From: Bryobacterales bacterium
Lineage (GTDB): Bacteria > Acidobacteriota > Terriglobia > Bryobacterales > Bryobacteraceae
Length of the DNA: 57,183 nucleotides
Assembly (NCBI GenBank): GCA_003166475.1
Contig: PMVV01000438.1
Coordinates: 1 to 57,183 of the forward strand
Reading direction: 5' to 3'
Shown: one piece after another, positions 52,458-57,183 of the stretch
How the letters are laid out: every line of letters starts with the position of its first letter
Position numbering within the stretch: the stretch's first letter is position 1
Program-made: the position numbers and the translations under genes
Notes under the pieces: generated by a model
Told to the model about the DNA's origin: nothing
Databases searched by the model: none
The model's input: the letters and a program-made list of their open reading frames with translations, nothing else

Positions 52458-53222
52458 ATGACTAACCCGTATTGCCGCCCGGAAGCCGCAGAGGCGGACG
52501 CCGAGGAACGCGAGCGCCTCATCCTGGAGCATTTGCCGCAAGTCCGGCTGATTGCCCGCCGCATCCGCGACCGCCTGCCCGATAACGTGAGCCTCGACGA
52601 CCTGGTGTCCGCCGGCATCGTCGGACTGATCGCAGCCGTGGACCAGTACGATCCGGCGCACAACGTCAAGCTGAAAACCTACGCCGAGCACAAAATCCGG
52701 GGCGCCATTCTGGACAGCCTGCGCGGTCTGGACTGGGCGCCGCGGCAGAGGCGCAAGAAAGCCAAGCAAATCGAGTTTGCGATCTGCCGCGCCGAGCAGC
52801 GGCTGCGCCGGATTCCGGACGAAGACGAGATTGCCGCCGAGATGGGCGTGGACCTGAAAGAATACCACCGCTGGCTGGTGGAAGTGCAAGGCCTCAACAT
52901 CGGCAGCCTGGAATACACCTCGGAGGATGGCGAAGGCAAGGGCCTGCTCGAATACCTTAGCGACGACCAGGACCAACTGCCTTCCCGCGCGCTGGAGCGG
53001 TCGGAGCTCGAACAACTGCTGTCCGCGGCCATTCGAAGAATACCTCCCATGGAGCGGACGGTGCTCGGCCTCTACTATCTGGAAGAGCTCACTTTGCGGG
53101 AAATTGCCCAGGTGGTGGACCTGCACGAGTCGCGCATCTCCCATCTGAAGTCGCAGGCCATCCTGCGGCTGCGGGCGGATATCGAGAAGGTCTGGCCCAA
53201 CCAGGCCGGGGGGATAGTGTGA
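52458..53222 (+). CDS. fliA: Flagellar sigma factor sigma-28 (FliA/WhiG)
   Basis: Region 2 is DLVSAGIVGLIAAVDQYDP...TYAEHKIRGAILD. Region 4 is LTLREIAQVVDLHESRISHLKSQA. Confidence 0.9.
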   Translation: MTNPYCRPEAAEADAEERERLILEHLPQVRLIARRIRDRLPDNVSLDDLVSAGIVGLIAAVDQYDPAHNVKLKTYAEHKIRGAILDSLRGLDWAPRQRRKKAKQIEFAICRAEQRLRRIPDEDEIAAEMGVDLKEYHRWLVEVQGLNIGSLEYTSEDGEGKGLLEYLSDDQDQLPSRALERSELEQLLSAAIRRIPPMERTVLGLYYLEELTLREIAQVVDLHESRISHLKSQAILRLRADIEKVWPNQAGGIV

Positions 53223-54073
53223 CCCAGGATCGTCCGAGTCCGGGGCGCTGGTTTGCCGAGGAATGGACGGCGCTGTTGGGCACCGTGCTGGAGTCTCTGG
53301 CGGGAGAGCGTCCCAAGCTGTCCTGCAGCGCGCCCGCCGCGGGCGCCACGCTGGCCGCCTGCGGCGAGGAAATCGGCGTGGAGCACGGCGCCATCCTCTG
53401 GTGGCAATACCACTTCCCATTGCCTGGTGCGCCCTCGATCTGGATTGGCGCGCCGCGGGATGCGTGGACTCAGCTTGCCGGGCGCATCCTGGGCGCGGCC
53501 GGTGTGGAGGACGATTCCCAGGCGCGGGAAACCTATCTAGAAGTCCTGCAGCAGTCGTTGGGAGAGTTGTCCCGCAGCGCGGGCCGCCGCTGGAACCGCC
53601 AGCTCGACTGCTCCGGAAGTGAAGGGACGGCCGCGCCGGAAACCACCGAATTCTACATGGTGGAGGCGGTCTACCCGGACGCGGCGATCCCGTCCCTGAT
53701 GGTGGCCATCACCGGGGCACCGCAAGATCCGCCCGCGGAGGCGGATTCCGCCGGGCCCCCCAAGGCGGCCAGTCCGGACGCCGCAGAGCCCGAGAACCAA
53801 CTTCCCGTGAGGTCCAAGACGTTCAACCTGCTCATGGGGGTGGATCTGCCCGTAAGCGTTTCGTTCGGCCACGTGCAGCTTCCCTTGAAGGACGTCCTCA
53901 AGCTTACGGCCGGATCGATCATCGAGTTGAACCGCACGGTGGACGAACTGGTAGAGGTAATTGTCAACAACTGCGTGGTGGCACGCGGAGAAGTGGTGGT
54001 AATGGAAGGCAACTATGGAGTGCGGATCCATGAAATCATGACCCGGCAGGAACGCCTGGAGACCCTGCCATGA
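53219..54073 (+). CDS. Second SpoA-domain (FliN/FliY-like) protein with an uncharacterised about 190-aa N-terminal region
   Basis: The C-terminal 80 aa read LLMGVDLPVSVSFGHVQLPLKDVLKLTAGSIIELNRTVDELVEVIVNNCVVARGEVVVMEGNYGVRI. It overlaps the fliA stop by 4 nt. Confidence 0.75.
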   Translation: MTQDRPSPGRWFAEEWTALLGTVLESLAGERPKLSCSAPAAGATLAACGEEIGVEHGAILWWQYHFPLPGAPSIWIGAPRDAWTQLAGRILGAAGVEDDSQARETYLEVLQQSLGELSRSAGRRWNRQLDCSGSEGTAAPETTEFYMVEAVYPDAAIPSLMVAITGAPQDPPAEADSAGPPKAASPDAAEPENQLPVRSKTFNLLMGVDLPVSVSFGHVQLPLKDVLKLTAGSIIELNRTVDELVEVIVNNCVVARGEVVVMEGNYGVRIHEIMTRQERLETLP

Positions 54074-54501
54074 GCGCCTTGCCGGGGATCGCCTGGAACC
54101 CCGACTGCATGCTGCAACCGCTAGCCTTCTATGTCCTGCTGGCGGCGGGTTTCGGATTGTGCCTGTACCTGTTCGCGACCCTCAAGGCCGAAATCCAGGG
54201 ATTGCTTCGCCGCTCGCTGGCGGAGCGGCAACAGTTGCAGATCCTGGAGAGCGCCCTGGGGGACGCGCGCCTCACGGTGCAGTCGCTCGAAACCGATCTG
54301 CGCGAAGTGGAACGGCAGACCGGCATGCTGGTGGCGCCGGCGCCCGCGCGATCGGGCCTCAACCTCAGCAAGCGCACGCAGGTTCTGCGGATGCACCGCG
54401 CCGGCCAGGACAGCGCGGGGATCGCGGCCGTGCTGGCCCTGCCGCGCAGCGAAGTGGAACTGTTGATTAAGGTCCAGCGCATCGTCGTGGGGCAGATCTG
54501 A
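54070..54501 (+). CDS. Membrane-anchored coiled-coil protein with a C-terminal HTH-like motif (DUF2802-like)
   Basis: It has a TM segment (LAFYVLLAAGFGLCLYLF), a coiled coil, then VLRMHRAGQDSAGIAAVLALPRSEVELLIKV. The family call is from memory of the motif and the flagellar context. Confidence 0.55.
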   Translation: MSALPGIAWNPDCMLQPLAFYVLLAAGFGLCLYLFATLKAEIQGLLRRSLAERQQLQILESALGDARLTVQSLETDLREVERQTGMLVAPAPARSGLNLSKRTQVLRMHRAGQDSAGIAAVLALPRSEVELLIKVQRIVVGQI

Positions 54502-54530
54502 ACACGGCGTCCGGCGGACCTGGGCTAAGG

Positions 54531-54656
54531 CCAATACTGTTCACTTTGGTGGGGCAGACCATCGCACTTCGTGGTCTGCCGCCTTCGGGGAGCGCTGGCA
54601 GACGACATAAAACGATCGTCTGCCCCACCGAAACATCATTAAGTGAACAGCATTGG
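54531..54656. mobile_element. 126-bp MITE-like element: 16-bp terminal inverted repeats and an 8-bp flanking direct repeat
   Basis: The terminal inverted repeats CCAATACTGTTCACTT / AAGTGAACAGCATTGG match at 15 of 16 positions. GGCTAAGG is present immediately on both sides. Two internal 9-bp-stem hairpins are present. Confidence 0.7.
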
Positions 54657-54694
54657 GGCTAAGGCGAGGCTAAAGGCTTTGTGCGCACCTGTCG

Positions 54695-56134
54695 ATGATT
54701 GCCATAGCCATGGATATTGTCGAACCAGCCCGGCTGTTATGGATTGCAGCGGAAGATAGCCTGACGGCAGCGGCCCGCGTCCCTGAAATCGGCGGACTTG
54801 CGGTGGAGTACGCCGCCGGAATCCCCGAAGCTTTGGAGTACCTCAAGCGCTCCCGGATCGACGCGGCGGTGGTCGTGTTTCCGCTCCCGGAATACACCCC
54901 CGCGGAGGCGCTGGAGGAATTGCAGCGCGCCGACGGCGGCATTCCGTTAATTCTTTGGGATCCGTCGATGGGATTGCAGGATGCCGTTCATTTGGTCAAG
55001 TTGGGAGCTTTCGACGTTCTGGGCGGGGAAGCCGGACCCGAGCGGCTTGCCGCGGTTATAGAGGACGCCATCGCCGACCGCCGCAGCCAGGTATCGGCTC
55101 ACCCAGACGCCGATGAGCCTTGGCGGCGGATCCTGGTCGGGTCCACCCAGCCGTTTCAGGAAGTGGTGCGGATGGTACGGCTGGTGGGAAGCCGGCGCTC
55201 CACCGTGCTGATCACGGGCGAGACCGGAACCGGCAAAGAGATGGCGGCGCGGGCGGTCCACATGGCGGGGCCGCGAGGCCGTCTGCCCATGGTGTCGGTT
55301 TGCTGCAGCGCGCTCCCCGAGAATCTGCTGGAGGCCGAGCTGTTTGGACATGTGCGGGGGGCTTTCACCGGCGCCCTCAACCAGCGCATCGGACGCTTTG
55401 AGCAGGCCGACCGCAGCACCCTGTTTCTGGACGAAATCGGAGATATGCCGCTGGAGTTGCAAGCCAAGCTGCTGCGCGTCCTGCAGGAGCGCGAGTTCCA
55501 GCGGCTGGGCAGTTCCGAGAACATACGGGTGGACGTGCGCGTGGTGGCCGCCACCAACGCCGACCTGCCGGAGCGGGTCCGGCAGGGCCGCTTTCGCGAA
55601 GACTTGTACTACCGTCTCCATGTGGTCCCCATCCATCTGCCGCCGCTGCGCGCGCGCTTGGGCGATGTGGCGGCTTTGACCCATCACTTTCTAAGGAAAA
55701 TCTGCCGCTTGGAGGACCTCCCGCTGAAGCAGATCTCCCGCGAGGCGCTGCACCGGTTAAGCGAGTATTCCTGGCCCGGTAACGTGCGCCAGTTGGAAAA
55801 CGCGATAGAACGCGCCATCGTCCTGAGCGGAGACCGGGCCATGCTGTACCCGTCCGACTTCCCGCTGGACGGCCCCATCCCGCGCCCGGCTACCGGGCGC
55901 GCGAGCGCCAACTTTGTGCATGTGCCCGACGACGGCCTGGATTTCGAGCAGACCGTAGGGCAGATCGCGCGCGGCATCCTGGAACAGGCGCTGCGCAAAA
56001 CCAACGGAAACAAGAAAATGGCGGCCGACCTGCTGCGTCTCAAACGCACGACCTTGGCCGCAAAACTGAGGAGCCTGGAAAGCATCGCTCCGGAACTTGC
56101 GGCGATGGCCTCGGATTTCGTGCATTGCGCGTGA
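54695..56134 (+). CDS. Sigma-54-dependent activator with a degenerate receiver domain (FleQ/FlrA-like)
   Basis: The AAA+ domain has GETGTGKE, GAFTGA and the ELFGH region. There is a C-terminal Fis-type HTH (NKKMAADLLRLKRTTL). The N-terminal REC-like fold has AVVVFPLPEY where the phospho-accepting Asp is expected. Confidence 0.85.
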   Translation: MIAIAMDIVEPARLLWIAAEDSLTAAARVPEIGGLAVEYAAGIPEALEYLKRSRIDAAVVVFPLPEYTPAEALEELQRADGGIPLILWDPSMGLQDAVHLVKLGAFDVLGGEAGPERLAAVIEDAIADRRSQVSAHPDADEPWRRILVGSTQPFQEVVRMVRLVGSRRSTVLITGETGTGKEMAARAVHMAGPRGRLPMVSVCCSALPENLLEAELFGHVRGAFTGALNQRIGRFEQADRSTLFLDEIGDMPLELQAKLLRVLQEREFQRLGSSENIRVDVRVVAATNADLPERVRQGRFREDLYYRLHVVPIHLPPLRARLGDVAALTHHFLRKICRLEDLPLKQISREALHRLSEYSWPGNVRQLENAIERAIVLSGDRAMLYPSDFPLDGPIPRPATGRASANFVHVPDDGLDFEQTVGQIARGILEQALRKTNGNKKMAADLLRLKRTTLAAKLRSLESIAPELAAMASDFVHCA

Positions 56135-56165
56135 GGCAGACCGGATCGATGCAGGATGGAAGTCA

Positions 56166-57128
56166 ATGCCGGATTTTCCAAGTATGCCTGAAGAGCTTCT
56201 AGCCACACAGCCAATCGGCCCGCGTCTTGGCATCGCCGTGTTGCGCAGAGTGCTGGAAGCGCACGGCGCCTGGCTCGAGCGGCGTCCGGGCGGCCGGCGG
56301 GCCAGCCTGAGCGGCGTGGTGCTGGCCGAGGCGGCCCTCGACAAAATCAATTTGGAGCGCGCCGACCTGAAAGCGGCGAACTTCATCGACGCCAGCATGT
56401 CCGGCGCTAATTTGAGCGGCGCGAGTCTGCACTTCGCCGACCTCAGCAACGCGACGCTGATCGAAGCGGACTTGTCGCACGCGGAGCTGGTGGACGCCAA
56501 ACTGGACTACGCTTTGCTGGGCGGGGCGAACTGCAGTGAAGCCCGGTTTCTGCGAGTCTCCTTACGCGGCGCGAATCTGCGCGACGCACACCTGTTGGAG
56601 GCGAGCATGGAGAACTGCGACTTCGCGCGCGCCGTGCTGCACCAAGCCCAGTTGCTGCAAGCCAAGGCGTTCGACTGCAACTTCGCGGAAGCGGAACTGG
56701 AGGAAGCCAATCTTTACCACAGCGTGTTCCGGCATTGCAAGCTGTCCGGAATATCCGCCGCCGGATCGAATTGGGTCACCGCCATGGTGCAGAATTGCGA
56801 ATTCCGGAGAGCCGATCTGAACTCCGCGCGTTTCGACCGGGCCGATCTGCGCCAAAGTTCCTTTTGGAAGGCCGATCTCAGCAACTGCAGCTTTCAGAAC
56901 ACCCGCGTGAACGGCGTCGACCTGGAAGGCGCAAACCTTACCGGCGCCCGTTTCCACGAAGCCGCCACCATGAGCGCGAGCTTTCGCGGGGCCGATCTGC
57001 GGGCCGCGCAAGGGCTCACCCCGACCCAACTCGGCCAAGCGCTTACGGACCGCGATACGATCCTGCCGGATGGTTCGCACGGTCCCTTCCTGCGGGGATC
57101 CGGGGCCAACCGGCCCTGCCGGATCTAG
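56166..57128 (+). CDS. Pentapeptide-repeat protein
   Basis: It carries dozens of A(D/N)LxX repeats (ADLKAANFIDASMSGANLSGASLHFADLSNATLIEADLSHAEL...). ATG 56166 is chosen within ORF 56097..57128. Confidence 0.8.
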   Translation: MPDFPSMPEELLATQPIGPRLGIAVLRRVLEAHGAWLERRPGGRRASLSGVVLAEAALDKINLERADLKAANFIDASMSGANLSGASLHFADLSNATLIEADLSHAELVDAKLDYALLGGANCSEARFLRVSLRGANLRDAHLLEASMENCDFARAVLHQAQLLQAKAFDCNFAEAELEEANLYHSVFRHCKLSGISAAGSNWVTAMVQNCEFRRADLNSARFDRADLRQSSFWKADLSNCSFQNTRVNGVDLEGANLTGARFHEAATMSASFRGADLRAAQGLTPTQLGQALTDRDTILPDGSHGPFLRGSGANRPCRI

Positions 57129-57183
57129 CTTAGCTCTCCGCGAATTAACGTACAATTCCGGCGCCCGGCGTGGCGCAGACGAT

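Noticed and set aside
1-57183. Search by eye for tRNA, rRNA, CRISPR arrays, integrase or transposase genes.
   Set aside because: I saw no T-loop-type GGTTCGAATCC-like tRNA signatures outside coding frames, no rRNA-like stretches and no spaced direct repeats. I recognised no recombinase or transposase ORF. The only mobile-element signal is the non-autonomous MITE-like element.

Overview
This is a 57.2-kb, high-GC bacterial chromosomal window. No rRNA, tRNA or CRISPR array was recognised.

**Bases 1-15,400: mixed housekeeping and accessory genes**
- A partial aminotransferase and a SAM-dependent methyltransferase.
- A mazEF-type toxin-antitoxin cassette bracketed by REP-like repeats.
- An RRM RNA-binding protein.
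- A tightly coupled four-gene unit: Omp85-like protein, hypothetical protein, HAMP histidine kinase and a sigma-54 response regulator.
- A visibly lower-GC two-gene cassette at 7751-9690 (ABC-type ATPase plus a DUF4276/Toprim-like protein).
- A TAT-exported TIM-barrel isomerase and an acyl-CoA synthetase.
- A HEAT-repeat protein followed by an EAL-HDOD-PilZ c-di-GMP protein.

**Bases 15,400-54,500: a nearly complete flagellar regulon of a diderm**
- flgM-(flgN-like)-flgK-flgL.
- Two convergent flagellin paralogues.
- fliD-orf-fliW-csrA-SLT.
- flgB-flgC-fliE-F-G-H-I-J.
- cheY and cheX.
- fliM-flbD-motAB.
- flaG-fliS.
- flgF-G-A-H-I plus a rod-binding protein.
- fliK-flgD-flgE-fliN-O-P-Q-R-flhB-flhA-flhF-fliA, followed by a second SpoA protein and a DUF2802-like protein.

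**Bases 54,500-57,183**
- A MITE-like element, a FleQ-like sigma-54 activator and a pentapeptide-repeat protein.

**Regulatory signals read directly from the sequence**
- Several near-perfect sigma-28 promoters (TAAA-N15-GCCGATAA).
- Two candidate sigma-54 promoters.
- A shared CCGCCAAGATC palindrome at two flagellar promoter regions.
- GGA-in-hairpin Shine-Dalgarno sites at both flagellin genes.

**Best candidate for an uncharacterised system**
The ATPase + DUF4276 cassette, which looks like a PARIS/AbiL/OLD-type conflict module.

Many long ORFs in the supplied track are antisense or out-of-frame shadows typical of high-GC DNA, and I rejected them.
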